A stretch of DNA of 64,000 nucleotides. It comes from Camelus dromedarius. Taxonomy: Eukaryota. Below, piece by piece: positions 1 to 13,704 of the stretch. Where the stretch lies: NCBI RefSeq assembly GCF_036321535.1, contig NC_087436.1:116376001-116440000 (forward strand), read 5' to 3'. The stretch's first letter is position 1; each line of letters opens with the position of its first letter. The notes below the pieces were generated by a model, which did no database searches, was not told the DNA's origin, and was given only the letters and a program-made list of their open reading frames with translations. A program made the position numbers and the translations under genes.

Positions 1-25
1 CTCGATCACAAATAACAGCTATTGT

Positions 26-1048
26 TAGAGTTAGCTTTAGATACGACCTGGGGGCTCACACAGAGCCTGGTTCTCAGAAGAGCATCTTGCTCCGTTTAAT
101 GTTCCATTATCACCTTCTTGAAATTCTTTATAATTTTATCTTTGAGCTTGTTTTTTGTAAGCAAAGTCCCACAGCACGATAGAGCTTGCCCATAAGTTGA
201 GGAGATGAGCACGATTGGTCCGTCCACCATTCCTCTTCACTCCATTGCACATGGCGCTGCCAATCTCCGTGAGCACAGAGTTCTAGTAGATTCATGTTGC
301 ATGAACGTTCAAGGAGATTCAAAGCCAATACAGGCTAACTGTGTTATGTCTTTGATGAAGTAAATGTGCTAACAGCTCAGGAAGGCTGTATTTTCTCTTT
401 GAACTGGAACTTGCTTCAAACACAGAAATAAGGCAATGTCACTCAAAGAAACACACAAAGACCAAGGAGGCACTCAATCTTCTCTCCTGCTCCTGTTACT
501 ACCGTGTATTAGCCAACCACTTACCCTGAAAATGATGACATAGCAGGAAAGAGAAAGATGGAATATCCCACTGTCTTGTTCCTTTTAGTCCTTCCTTATT
601 CATCAGTAAAACAAAGGTAGGGCATGTTGGTTGAATATGTGCTTATAAAGAAGGGAGAGGAAAACAGTGGAGCTCGCTTTGTGCATTACTTCCACCATCA
701 TGGTAAGAACAAAATGCATATGTGCATAGGAGTTATAAAACATGAACTGTGCAGTTTTGGCAATTCTGATTATGAGATAATGTTCTTATACTTACATTTA
801 AGACTAATACTGCACCATGTAAAGACAAATGGGAAATTCTGTGTTAATAACTTAACACTTCAATTTGTATTTACTGAGATTGCATTAAATGCAAATAAAA
901 AATCATGACAAGTTAAGAGAGACACCACTAAGGGGAAAAAAAAAAGCTTTAATTTTTGGTTTTTAGTGGAACTCCTTCTGCCTTTGGAACAAGGGACTCA
1001 TTTTTTTTTTATTTTGCTCTGGCCTTGCAAATTATGTAGCTGACCCTG
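26..1048 (+). mobile_element. MER45-family hAT-Tip100 non-autonomous DNA transposon (about 1 kb, MER45B/C-like)
   Basis: 5' part CGACCTG..CACAGAGCC..CTCAGAAG..CTTGAAATTCTTTATAATTTT and 3' end GAACAAGGG..ATTTTGCTCTGGCCTTGCAAATTATGTAGCTGACCCTG match the recalled MER45 termini. Confidence 0.8.
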
Positions 1049-1159
1049 GCTGTGTTACTATTAATATTTCACCCTGAGAATAAATCTAGGCCTGCCTAAA
1101 TCCCACTGCTTCAAGGATGGCTGCCCTGATTACTTGATCCAATTCAATCTCTCTCCCTG

Positions 1160-1370
1160 TCTCTCTCTTTCTTTCTATTAATCCTGTAGCAGTTTTCTTA
1201 AATTTGTCTTTTAGCACGAGCTGCATTGTGATTGCGATATATTCCTGATTGTCAATTAGACTGTGAACTCCTTGGGGTTGAGAAACTTTTTTTGTTTCCC
1301 TGCGGCCCCAGAGCTCTCAGTCTTGTGACAGCCTAGACCAGTCTTGAATTAAAACTTCCTGAATGGAATC
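1160..1370 (+). mobile_element. L2 3' end fragment
   Basis: TAGACTGTGAACTCCTTGGGG at about 1257 is the L2 3' signature. Confidence 0.6.
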
Positions 1371-2177
1371 GTTGGCCTCTTCAGGAACTGCTCGTCCTGA
1401 TGTGAATGTCTCTTCAGGGGCTCCCCATGAATGTTGCACTTTGATTGAATTCAATTTAACGCTTTGGAAGCATCAGGACAGGGCTATTTTAACAAGAGTT
1501 TTCTGCCACCTTTTGATGTGAGCCTTTTGATCTCAGACAGTCAAGATGATATGCAGATTTCATTGGCTGCCATGGGGATGGACCTCCTCTCCTGGATCAA
1601 ATGGATTGCTTCCCCTGCCCCAAACCCCAGCAGTCCTCCCTTCCTCCGAGTCAAGCCTTTAGTCTGGCGAGTGGTCCAGCAGGAACAGAGGGCAGTTTCT
1701 TTCTCTTCTAGCAGAGAGAGAAGCTGGATGCTAAGAATAGACTGTGTGCTCCTGGGGCTGGCTATCTACCCTGCTCCCTGCTGCCGGGCCTCTTGGAGTC
1801 CGAAGTGACTAATATAAATGTGGAGCAGAGGACACTGCCCATCGTCCATGAAGTAACCGCTGGAGTCCTCACTGTGACCTTGAGTCCACGGTGATTCAGC
1901 CCCCGACCTCTCACCACTGCGGCACACCAAGCCTGTGCTCTGGGGGTTGTGAGCATGTAAAGCCCCACCTGCACACACTCTGCAGCAGGCCTGCCCCGCT
2001 CACATGGTGCCTGTGCCCTGGGTGGCCTAATTCCCTTAACCACCCACACACTGCCCCCCGCTCAGAGCACTCACCCCTTTGGTTAAATCCTCCTTTACGG
2101 CTGATCATAGACATAAAATAGGTTATTTATTTAGGAATATGAAAGGACAACTTTCTCAAAACTGTACTAGAGGGGGA

Positions 2178-2292
2178 ATGTATATGTATATAAATCTGTG
2201 TGTATGTATAGAGAGATATATGTGCATGTGTGTATATATGTATATAGGTGTGTTATAGAGAGAGATGAGAGTGTGTGTGTGTGTGTGTATGT
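2178..2292. repeat. (TA/TG/GA)n compound microsatellite
   Basis: direct reading. Confidence 0.9.
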
Positions 2293-2299
2293 ATTAAAA

Positions 2300-2705
2300 G
2301 CATGAACACAAAATAGAACCAGAAGAAAAACGTAGGCTTATCACCTTGTGACAGGGAAGGTCTCCTAAGCATGATATCTAAGGCAGAAATCATAAACATA
2401 AAATTTCATAGACTTGAACATAGAAAGAAATTTAAATTTGCCGACCAAAGTGAAAATGAGAAGCAGAGGGTAACCTACAGTAGTTTTCCTTGATATATGA
2501 AAAGACGAACATCCCCAGTTTATAAAATTCTCTAGCGACTCATTATGAGAAATGCCCCCACAGAAACCACATGAAAGAGTTATTCACAAAGGCAGAAAGG
2601 CAAAAGAAGTTTAAAAACTCTTTTATAAAGTATTTTTTGGAAGGCATGAAAGAAACGCAGGTGAAATGTACTGCGTCAGTTTGGCAAAGGGTCTTAAATG
2701 GTATT
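2300..2705 (+). mobile_element. old L1M (L1ME-like) ORF2 fragment
   Basis: CTAAGCATGATATCTAAGGCAGAAATCATAAA..CATAGACTTGAAC resembles decayed L1 ORF2 3' region. Confidence 0.55.
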
Positions 2706-2708
2706 ATC

Positions 2709-3177
2709 TGTGATGCAGTAGACGATTGTACAGCGAATACTTCATGCCTTTTTACTCCCTTGATTTTAGGTTTGCCGTGTGATTGGAGGGTTAATTATAC
2801 TTCCTCACCCCTTGACTTGGGGCTTGGCCACATGACTTGATTTAATCAATGGGGTGTTCATGGATGGTATTTGAGCAACGGCATAGCATGTGTTCATGTG
2901 GTAGGGACTACCCACTTATACAACTGCTTTCATTACGAGAAGAGCACGCCTTGAGTATCTGCTGGTTCAAACAGCCAAGAGGTTGAGAGATGCTGGAGCA
3001 GATCTAAACCTGACTCGTATCTTGGAGTTCAGCTGAACTCAGCCCAGACTAGATGGGTCAAACTCCAGCCAACACACAGACATGTGAGTGAGAAACTGAT
3101 TTTACATTGTCAAGTATGCCACTAAGTTCAGTCTGGTGTGTTACACAGGATCCTTGTAGCAAAAGCTACTGAAACCA
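2709..3177 (+). mobile_element. MaLR LTR (MLT1I/J-like)
   Basis: CCCCTTGACTTGGGGCTTGGCCACATGACTTG, CCAACACACAGACATGTGAGTGAG, GCCACTAAG..TGTTACACAG..GTAGCAAAAGCT. Confidence 0.75.
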
Positions 3178-3569
3178 TGTTTGATATTGGTGAAAAGATA
3201 GAGAAATTATTTTGACCTCTCTTGTGGGAGAATTGAGGATCATGAAGGAAGGAAAGAAAAATGGAAGAAAAATAAGAAAAAGTTTAAAAAGTGGGCAGAG
3301 GAAAGAGGGAGAGAGGAAAGAAGAGAAAATCATGGTGAATTGCTTTTTTTTTTTTTTTTTGACTGAATTGCAATGTCTAAGATCTTTGGAGTTTGACTAT
3401 ATAATAAATGCAATTATCAAAACCAAATAATCATGAAAGGATAAAGCAGAAACCATACCTCTTTTGCTACGTTTAACTATCAGCAACAAGGATGATGCTG
3501 ATGAAGACAGCTTGCAACCACATGGCATTTTTCAAATTGAGGATGCTCTTCATGTGGTTGTCAAAATAT

Positions 3570-3660
3570 AACTTACTCCCCTTTTACAGATGAAGGATCT
3601 GGGACACAGAAGCCACACGGCTTTCCCAAGACCAGAGGCAGCCCTGAGATTTGAGTGAGG
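3570..3660 (-). mobile_element. MIR fragment
   Basis: TTTTACAGATGAAGGATCTGGGACACAGA is the reverse complement of the MIR core. Confidence 0.65.
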
Positions 3661-5899
3661 GTCCCCTGACTCCTCAGGGAGTGCCTTCTGCATCACAACG
3701 TCTGCCTCCTGACTGGCTCCGGGTTTCTCTGCGTGACCCACGGACACAATTTCCTGAGAGAATCCACCATGTGCTTCTCTTCCCGATAGGGGACATGGGG
3801 CTTGTTAATGATCATATCTATGCTAATTATGAGCAGTGATAGTTTAGAAGACCTGACTTTAGACTCTTCTCAGATCTTGTCAATTCCCATTATGGGATAC
3901 TGCCGGCATCCTCCTCATGAAAGGGTAATAATGACTCATTATTCAAAGGATTCAATTAAGGGGCCTTTCATCAAAGGATCTTAAGTACTTGCTGTGCTCC
4001 TTCAAAGGTAACGAGGGTATTTACAGAGAGAGCCGGAGATCCAGAGCAGCATTCAGAGATTAAGTGTTTGATGTCCTACACTGGGGAAGATGCTACCCAC
4101 ACAGAGACATCACAGCAAGCGAGCTGTCCTTTGAATGTTGCAAATGGGAGAGACCAGTCTGGGATGCTGATCTCTGTACTACTGCTACCTGTTCAAGAAT
4201 TTAAGAACCTTAAGCAAGTTTTCAGCTGAGACTGAATCGGTGGTTTCCATAGGGGTAAACTACACTCACTGGAAGGGGCAGTGGTGGAGAGTGGAAATGT
4301 ACTGCAGATGTGGGGTTAGGTGTCTGGGTTTAGGTTTTCCCACTTAGCAGCTCTGGGAGCTTGGACAAGTCTTATAAAATCTCTCGCATCTTTTTTTTTT
4401 TTTCCCCTCTTTACTTCCTTCCCCTCTTCCACTCCTCTGATCTCTCTCAATGTCACCGAAATATGTCTGTTCATGTGTGTGTGTATGTGATGGGGTTGAG
4501 GAGCAAATAACAGAAACCCCAATAAAGAAAGCAGGGAAGTGTTTGATTCTGATCCTTAAGTGAAAAGTCCAGCAGGGAGAGCTTCCCTGGGAGTGAGGGG
4601 AGAGCCGCAGAGCCATGTCTCTGTGGTTCCAGTTGTCGTGGCTCTGCCAATGCTGCATTCTGCATTTTCTCTGCACCCCATGCCTTTACTGGGGATAATT
4701 TCATAATCACAGTGTCTCTGCAGGACACAGACTCCCCTATTCCATTTCCCTACTGGGAAGAGGCTATTTGTGCACCTTACATATTTGAGCATCTTAACCC
4801 CAGCATCTCATTTTGAGGGTCTTTTTTTTTTTTCTGGTGCCACCTGCGATGTAACTTACTGCATTTGCCAGAGTCCAGACAGGAAAAAGATGGTATACTC
4901 CAGTTGGGAAGCTTGAGGAGAGGGTCTCATTATAAAGATGTGGTCAGAGTTTAAGGAGGACGACATGGGATAGTTCAGTTCCGGTGCTGGAAAAAGGGGG
5001 GCGCTGTTGCCACCCATGGGTATGAAGGGACAAGGGAAGGGAGTGATACCAGCTTCCAAACAGAGAAATGCATGCAAAGAACCACCTGATAAAAGCTGAG
5101 GTTTGGTAGAGGGCAACCCAGCCCCAAAGGAGTCAGGAAAGCAAGACCTCCAACATCACTTTCTTCATGGTTTCAGTGCCTTACCATTGCCGCTCTCTTC
5201 TCTCCTCTAACAACACCAAACACAACCCCAAGCCTGAGGGTATGGCTGCCCTGGGAGTTAGAGCATCTCTGGAGGCCTCTCAGGACAAAGGCAGGGCTGC
5301 ACCAGTTCCCAGCCCAGTGCAATGATGGTTCTGGGCTTTGCTCTGCACCAGGTGGATACAAGAGGTAGAGGGGCAGATGGCACGTGCAAGGTGAAGGAAG
5401 AGGGTTGTCTGGGGTTAAAACACATTGGAGGAAATACAAGGTTCCAATCTCGAGTGAAAAAGAGGACATAGACCTGAGGGATGGACACCTTTTAGTCGTT
5501 TGAAATTAGAAGCCGGCAGTGAACATGCACAAAGCTCCACCACATTTCAGATACACAGTGGGGCCTGAGACATACAGAATGAACTGATACCCTGGTGTCA
5601 TGGAGCTGTTACATGAAAGAGTGATTAAACAAATTCCAGATAAGCTAAGAGAATGGCCTTGGAGGAATGAAAGGAAACTCAGGACAACAGAATTAGGCTC
5701 ACATTTTTTGGTGGGACATGGGCACAAGGGTTTTCTTCCTCAGAAGAACTTTGAAAAAGAGGAAATAAATGGCCACTGATAATTAAATTTAAATCTACAC
5801 TCAGTGAATGTGATTTTCTGTATGTGGTCGGTGGTAGAAATTCAGACTGGAAATGTGAGTCAGAAAAGGTAGGGGGTGAAAACATCCCTGTGTTTTGTG

Positions 5900-6106
5900 A
5901 TGTGTCTGCCAGGAAGCTTGGTATTTTATGCACGTGGTGTCATTTAATCTTCACAACAACCCTGTATGTCAGCTTCAATATTCCTATTCTGTATATGAGG
6001 TATCTGAATCCCATTGAGGTTAAGTCACTTGCCCGAACTCTCACATCAAGTTAAGGAACAGAGAAGCCAGTTAAATGCAGGTCTCTCTGGATTCAAAGCA
6101 TTGTTC
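5900..6106 (-). mobile_element. MIR
   Basis: CATTTAATCTTCACAACAACCCTG..GAGGTTAAGTCACTTGCCC. Confidence 0.8.
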
Positions 6107-6279
6107 AGAGGGAGAAAAGAGCTGGAAGGCCACTGAGATTTAATGAAAAATAACAGCATACTTTTATTTATAGTGGTGATAGTCTGTCCCATGTCTTTGC
6201 TCCCTTTTCTATACACAAATGCTTGAACTTGGCAGAGTTTGGTAGCATTTTCCAGAAGGCAGAGATTTGGAATCCATGG

Positions 6280-6719
6280 TATAATGAGTTGAACAGTAGC
6301 TCCCCACTGGTAAGTCCATCTAGACCCAGGGAACATGATCTTATTTGGAATAAGGGTGTTTGCAGATGTAAATAAGATAAGGATATTGAGATGAAATCAT
6401 CCTGGATTAGGCTGGGCCCTAAATCTGATGACAGGTGTCCTTACAAAGTCACAAAAGGAGATAACAGAGAAAAAGATACGGGGAAGAAGGTCATGGGAAG
6501 ACGGGGGCAGAGAGTGTGATTATGCTGTTAGGAACCGAGGAATACAGGGAGCCACAAGAAGCTGGAAGAGGCAAGGAAGGAGTCTCCCCTAAGTCTTCAG
6601 AGGGAACATGGTCTTGCTGACAACTGGATTTCAGATTCTAGCCTCCATAACTCCATCAATTTCTATTGTTTTAAGCCAAGTTTGATAATTTGTTATGACA
6701 GATCTAGAAAACTAATACA
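6280..6719 (+). mobile_element. MaLR LTR (MLT1C-like)
   Basis: TTATTTGGAATAAGGGTGTTTGCAGATGTA, AGAAGCTGGAAGAGGCAAGGAAGG, terminal AAACTAATACA. Confidence 0.85.
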
Positions 6720-6721
6720 AT

Positions 6722-7212
6722 GTTTTGTTTTTTTTTAATTGAAGTATATTCAGTTTACAATGTTACATCAATCTCTGGTGCACAGCACAATGCTTCAGTC
6801 ATACACATACATACATACGTTTGTTTTCATATTCTGTCTCATTATAGGTTACTATAAGATAGTGAATATAGTTCCCTGTGCTATACAGCAGAAACTTGTT
6901 TATCTATTTTACATATAGTAGTTAGTCTCTGCAAATCTCAAACTCCCATTTTATCCCTTCCCACCCCCTTTCCCAACAGTAACCATAAGATTGTTTATTA
7001 TGTCTGTAAGTCTATTTATGTTTTGTAGATAAATTCATTAGTGTCTTCTTTTTTTTCCTGTTCTTTTCTTTTCTTTTCTTTCTAGATTCCAAATATGAGT
7101 GATTTCATATGGTATTTTTTTCTCTTTCTGTCTTACTTCACTTAGAATAATGATCTCCAGGTCCATCTGTATTGCTGCAAATGACATTTTTTTTTTTTTT
7201 TTTATGTCTGAG
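6722..7212 (-). mobile_element. 5'-truncated lineage-specific L1 3' end
   Basis: poly-T then ATTGAAGTATA..TACAATGTT, GTTCCCTGTGCTATACAG, TAGATTCCA..CTTACTTCACTTAG. Confidence 0.9.
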
Positions 7213-8328
7213 AGGGACTTTTAAGTTAATTTAGATGTTCTTTCCTATGGAAAATGGAGGAAGTGAGGATTCATTATCTTATTTCTGAAGTTCATTCCTT
7301 TCCTTAACTCAGATTCTTTTACCTACTAAGTGATCTTTGAAAATGATTGCAGAACCTAGAAATTAACAGGTATTCATAGAGGACTAATAGAGGGAAAATT
7401 GAATTGTCAACTCCTAGTTAATGGTAGGTGGGACACAAAACAAGTGTCTCATTTCAAAGCCAGCATTCTAACCTCAACATTGCAGTGGGCTCCATCTGAT
7501 CAGGGGAAGGCATTACTCTAAGAAGGGACAGTGTTCAGTCAGCTTGGAGTACAACAAAGTTAAAACCCAAATCTTGTGGTTGAAAGCCCAACCTTTGGAT
7601 TTCAGCAAGAAAAAGCCACTCTGATAGCCAGAATGTGTCAATCTTCTGACATTACTATCACCTCCTTTCCTAACTATGATGCAGGGCTTTGGCAGTCAGA
7701 GCCAAGCCAGCAGGGGAGCTGGCTGTCTCAGCAGGCAGGGAGGTCCCTAGTCCTAGAGATGGTCGGGCACTAGGTGAACACTTGGCCAGCTGACCCCAAA
7801 GCTCTGAGATTCTTTGATTCCATGAGACCACCTCAGGTGTCTGATTAAAGAATCAAAGGACAGCGCAGTTGTAAAGAAGGTTTGACAAGCCCTCAGCTAT
7901 AGGAGAGAATAAATATTGAATAAGTTAGCATTTAAAAATGGCCCCATGTGCTGCCTAGAATGGATATTTGGTATTTGTTTCTTAAGCATCAATTTTTCAA
8001 AAGCTCTTTAAGACAGTTTAGTATAATAAGAATGTATCACATATTTGAAAACATTTGAACAATATTAGAAAACAAACTAAGAAAAGTTACACAAATCCTC
8101 TGAGATACGTATTATGAAAATGGAATGAGATGATGTTTGAAAATTCCAACACTGTTTCTGACATATAAGGATCATGTAATAAATAGTCACTTTTTTACTT
8201 TAAGAAGTGGACTGTACATTATCTAGGAAAGAAAATCCACAAGAAATAGCTTCATTTTGTTTCATTTTCATCTTGTAGTTGAAGAATATTCATGGCAAGG
8301 AAACAACATTCAAGATGTGAAGACGTGT

Positions 8329-9241
8329 GAATGGCCAATAGGCACATGAAAGAATATTCAATATTGCTAATTATCAGAGAAATTCAAATCAAAACTACAG
8401 TGAGGTATCATCTCACACCAGTCAGAATGGCCATCATTAAAAAGTCCACAAATGATAAATGCTGGGGAGGATGAGAAGAAAAGGGAGCCCTCCTACACTG
8501 CTTGCCGGAATGTAGTTTGGTGCAGCTATTATGGAAAACAGTATGGAGATTCCTCAAAAGACTAGGAATAGACTTACCATATGATCCAGCAATCCCACTT
8601 CTGGGCACATATCTAGAGGAAACTCTAATTCAAAAAGATACATGCACCCCTATGTTCATGGTAGCACTATATACAATAGCCAAGACATGGAAGCAACCTA
8701 AATGTCCATCAACTGATGACTGCATAAAGAAGTTGTGGTATATTTATACAGTGGAATACTACTCAGCTATAAAAAAATGAGTAAAATAATGCCATTTGCA
8801 GCAACATGAATGGACCTGGAGATCGTCATTCTAAGTGAAGTAAGCCAGAAAGAGAAAGAAAAATATCACATGATATCACTCATATGTGAAATCTAAAAAA
8901 AAATAAAAAAAATAAAGAAAAAAGAGGACATTAATGAACTCATCCACAAAACAGAAATAGACTCACAGATATGGTAAACAATTTTATGGTTACTGGGGGA
9001 AAGGAGGTGGGAAGGGATAAATTTGGGAGTTTGAGATTTACAAAGGTTAACCACAATGTATAAAAATAGATTTAAAAGTTTGTTCTTTTAAATACATAAC
9101 AAAGGGAACTACATTCAATATCTTTCAATAACCTTTAATGAAAAAAATAAGAAAATGAATATATGTATATATATGCATGACTGGGACATTATGCTGTACA
9201 GCAGAAACTGACACATTGTAACTGACTATACTTCAATGAAA
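8329..9241 (+). mobile_element. 5'-truncated L1: ORF2 C-terminus plus 3' UTR
   Basis: ORF 8502-8780 [52 protein letters not shown] is the L1 ORF2p C-terminus; ends CATTGTAACTGACTATACTTCAAT. Confidence 0.95.
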
Positions 9242-10664
9242 ACAGATAGATTGCTAATTATAGAAAGCAGGATGTGAAATAGTAGGTAGGTGTGAAAATT
9301 GTGTAACACTAATTTTAAAAAATCTTTGGAGCTGAAACTTAATAACATAAATTTGTTATGTTCAAGCATGTCTGTGTTTATGGCTGAATGGTCAAATATG
9401 TAATCTACAGATAGATTCTTATATAACAAGTATAATTATTTACATAGAGATGTGCATATTTCAAAGATATTTATTAATTGCTTATAATGTCTGCAAGGTA
9501 GTTTATTTTAAAATACTTCTGTATAAATAGTATGATGTTTCTGGGTAAAATTTAATTCCAAGCTGCTACTTAGCATTTTAGAGTGTGCATATCAAGAATC
9601 ATTCCCTTCAGAGTGGTTACATGACACTTATAATATTGTTAAAATTTATACCAGAGAATGTATTAATTAGCATAAATGTTGGTAGAAATTCATGTTATTG
9701 ATGAAAAGAGTAACATTCAAGGTGATTAGGAATATTACAAGGGATCTACCAATGTTGCATCAATACAGCAAAACCAGTCCCTTAATACCATCTGAGCAAT
9801 GTTTGAGGTCCAGGGTCCCACTGATCCTAAATGTGGAGGGCGTGTAGGGTTATCACTGTACCCAATCACAAGTCCAATGGATTCTGTGTTAAACATCTGT
9901 TTCCACCTTCCATGCTAAACATCAGTCTGACTGCTCTGGGGGAGTGAGAGTAGGAGGAGGAGTTCCCTGAACCACAGAAAAATGAGTGAGATTATTTTTG
10001 TGCCTCTGTACAAATACTCAGCCTGAATCTGACATCATTCTGCTTTATTGTAACAAACCATCTGATAGTGAAATTGAAGAGGATGCAACACCTTCTAAAC
10101 TCTGTGAGAAGAGTGCTACCAATGTGTACTCACCAAACCTAGGTCAATTACCATATGTCATACATGCCATAAACTCTGGAAACACAGATAATATTATTTT
10201 GTCAAGTGTTATAATATACCACAAATTAACTATTTACTATGTATTTGCCTATATTTCAAGATTTGCATATATATGCATATATACATACACACACATTTTA
10301 CATACACACATAAAAGCTGAAAGGAAACATATCAAAATGTTCACAGAGATTAGCTCCAGGTAATGTTAATTTTCTTCTGGATCTAATTTTATTTTCTAAA
10401 CTTCCTTCAGTCAATAAAGTAAAAAAAATTGATAATAAAAATGCAATAAATGCCATAAAAAATCTGCATTCACACTTTCCAGTTGCAGATTTGCTCAAAG
10501 GAAACAGATGGCTGCTAGCCCTGTAACATTCTGTCTCCTAAAATTAGAGCCAGGGACTCTGATGTGATTCATTACACGAAGTGGATTCCAGATTTAAAAA
10601 CGCAAATAGACATAATTGCAAAGCATTAACCTAATCTGTAGGAGTTGGGGTGGATCCAATCAGC

Positions 10665-11650
10665 CCAATAATTTGTTCAATGGTACATATTGAGTGCAAA
10701 TGGGTGTTTAAGATGCACACAGGGCAGTTTAGAAGAGAGACATGTCCCTGCTCTCAGGAAGCTTTCAGTTGAGTCGACAGTCTCAATTGTCATTCCTTGT
10801 ACTGGCCTGCTGTCTCTTTGTAGATGAAGGTTCCAAGGAAGGCTGAGATCCATCTGTTCATAACTGATCTTGTAGGTCTTCCCTCAGCTGTGTCATGCAG
10901 CAGGTTCAAGACAAATATTAGCCAAATTGAAATGGAAAGAATTAACCAATGAAATTCAGGCTAATGGGAATCAGTTCACCAGAATTTTTGAGTGCCTGAT
11001 GCCAGGCATGTGACTGAGTTCCAAGGTAGATGCAGTGCATGGACCCTGAGATCCTAAATCTCATGTTGTCCTCGGAGAGTTGTGACACAGCAAGATCAAT
11101 GAAAGGACAGAGTTACATACAAAGTACACAAATAGCTAAGTGGAGGGGATGGTTGATGACTCAAAGGGGAGAGGCCACGAAATACATCATCTAGGTTATT
11201 TCAGAACTGGGCCATTAAGGAATAAGGGTCAGACTGGTAAAGGGTGAAGAAAGGACATTCCAAACAAGGAGAAGTAGCAGGTGTAACTGCACTGCAGGTT
11301 AAAACAACCTGGCCTATCTCAGCCATGGACCATTTAGACTGGTTAGCTCAGTAGAGGGTTTACAAGCCATGTCAGGGAGCTAGATGCTTGTCATACTGCA
11401 GAAGCTGTGGAAGATATGTGACCAGAGGGGGCGACAGATGAGATATATTTGTGATAAACCTTTTGGGCAACTCTATACAGTATGTTCTCTGGGAAGAGAG
11501 AGTGCAAGTTTGGGTGAAAGAAAGATTGGTGAAGAGGGTACTGAGTCAGTCAGAGTAGGAGATGGAGAGTCGAGGTCATGGGAAGAAAAAGAGTGGATAA
11601 AATTAAGGAACGTTGTTAAGGATTAAAGTCACATTGACATGATTTGGTGG
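10665..11650 (-). mobile_element. L2 fragments (two 3' ends, at about 10665 and 10970)
   Basis: ATATTGAGTG..GTCCCTGCTCTCAGGAAGCT and TTTTTGAGTGCCTGATGCCAGGCA followed by purine-rich L2 antisense body. Confidence 0.6.
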
Positions 11651-12729
11651 CATCATTCACTCATTCAACTAATATTAGTTGAGTAAAAGAAAAATTTGAA
11701 ATGCATTAAGTTCAACAGTCATGACAGGTTATTGTAGAAAATATACTGAAAAATGCCCTGTCAGAGCAGCATTTTTGAAACACACCTCATGTAGCACAGG
11801 TTTGTATCCTGATGCTGCGTCATATCTAGTCTTGTTGTGTAATAATAGCAACATCAGTGATAATTATATCCCATAATCTTTATAACCATGAAGCTCATTG
11901 GATCATCTCAAGACTCTGTGACTGAAGAAGATAAGTGATAATTATCCTCATTTAAAAGATACCCTAAGGAAAAGGATGCTTAGACAAAATAAGAAATTTA
12001 CATGGTATTGAATCTTACGTAAATGATGTTAGTGGGTGTATGTGTGTGCGTGTGCATATTTGCATATTTAGCTTTTTTTCACCCCAAGGATAAGGTCATT
12101 CCACCCTGCTAAACTGTGAAAAAGAAAACAAAACTAGTGAATTCTGCCTATGAGAGAAGCATAGCCTAGTTTGTTCATGATCAGACCCCCTAATAGCAAA
12201 GTAAAGAGTTCCAAGAACAGTATGAAAAATTCACATAAAAATTCACTTTGCTCCAATCCATTTTATCTAAAATAAGTTCATTTTTTAAACTGAAAAGCAT
12301 GATGTAGGGTATAGCTGAATTAATCATCCTTTGACCTTGCTGTATTGACCAGAATTCCCTCCACTTATGAATCACTTCCATTAAGTTGACAGGATCAATT
12401 ACTCCTATGCCAAAATACTAGTAGTGAGTCTAAACAATATAGTATTAACCTAATAGAATTTTTTAAATGAAAACTAATGATTACTTTTTTGTTCTTGAAT
12501 ACACCCTTACCCTTGGACATATCTACAAATGGCAAAATTTAGGGTTCTAGCTGATGGTTGAAAAGAAAAAAAAAAAAAACACCTGAAGATGAAATGACTC
12601 AAAGAGAACAATAAAGATAAAATAACTCAAAGACATTGATTTTCTGTGGTGGATACGTTGGTGGACAAATTTGAATATAATTACATCATTGCATCCTCAC
12701 TCTTTTCTCCATTGAACACACCTTCAAAC

Positions 12730-13000
12730 CTTGTCCCCTTATATCTTCCAAAATCTTTGTTCCACTATTATCCTGCCTTAACTCAAAAGCCATGATAATC
12801 TCTTGAAAACAAACATTTGAGCATATTTCTCCCCCAATTAAAGTGTTCCAGTGGCTCCCATTTCATTTGGAACTGAATTCAAAGTCATTTTTCTGCCCTA
12901 CGAAGCTCTGATTATTCTCTCTGCCTATACAGATTTCCTTCTGTAACTCACCTCTACCATCCTATTTCTGATTCTGTCCTGAACACTCAAAATTTTTGTA
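12730..13000 (+). mobile_element. L2 fragment
   Basis: TTCCAGTGGCTCCCATTTCA..AATTCAAAGTC. Confidence 0.6.
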
Positions 13001-13704
13001 GCTTTGTACTTTGTACATCCGGGGTTCCATAGTTTAGTAGCTGGAATGGACAGATTTTAATACACACTGGGCTGTGAGAGGGAAGGAAGAGGAGACATTG
13101 ACTGTAACATCAGGCTTCTAGTTTGTCTTTCTTCACTTAAACAGGAACATTAACTCTGTTCTAGAAAACTGGAAGCAATGGTGAAGACTTATGGCTGTTT
13201 AGGGAGTGATAGTAATTATGTCATAATAATTACAGAGTGTATTTTAATTGTGATTTGCTCACAAATATCAGCCTCTCCTTTTTCAGTCTGGAGTGGAGAG
13301 GAAAGGAGTTGGCCTAAGGAAATAGCAGACACAGACTATGTGATCCACTGCATACTCTTCAGCATAGCGCAGGTCCTGGGAGGAATGAAGTCTTAAATTC
13401 AATATGCCTACCAGTTGCCCAAAAAGACCCAATCAGTATAAAGCCAAGGGGAGACCTATGACCTATTGGTAAGACATCACCAAAGGCCACTTCCAAGGCC
13501 AAAAGCTAGGCAATTGTAAATTGTTCACAGGCATCAGAGGTAAGTGGAGCCAAGTATAGATGTCAGCATGAAGACCAGGTAGTCAAAGAGCCGAGTGACA
13601 AACAAAGAATTCAAAGGCAGAGACGGATAGAATCAAAGGTGGGTAGAAAACTGTAAAGAAGAAAACTGTTGCAATGTAGGTAGCAAGCAAGAAGTTATGT
13701 CAGA

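Noticed and set aside
8502..8780. 92-aa ORF as a host gene
   Set aside because: L1 ORF2p C-terminal fragment of a 5'-truncated copy
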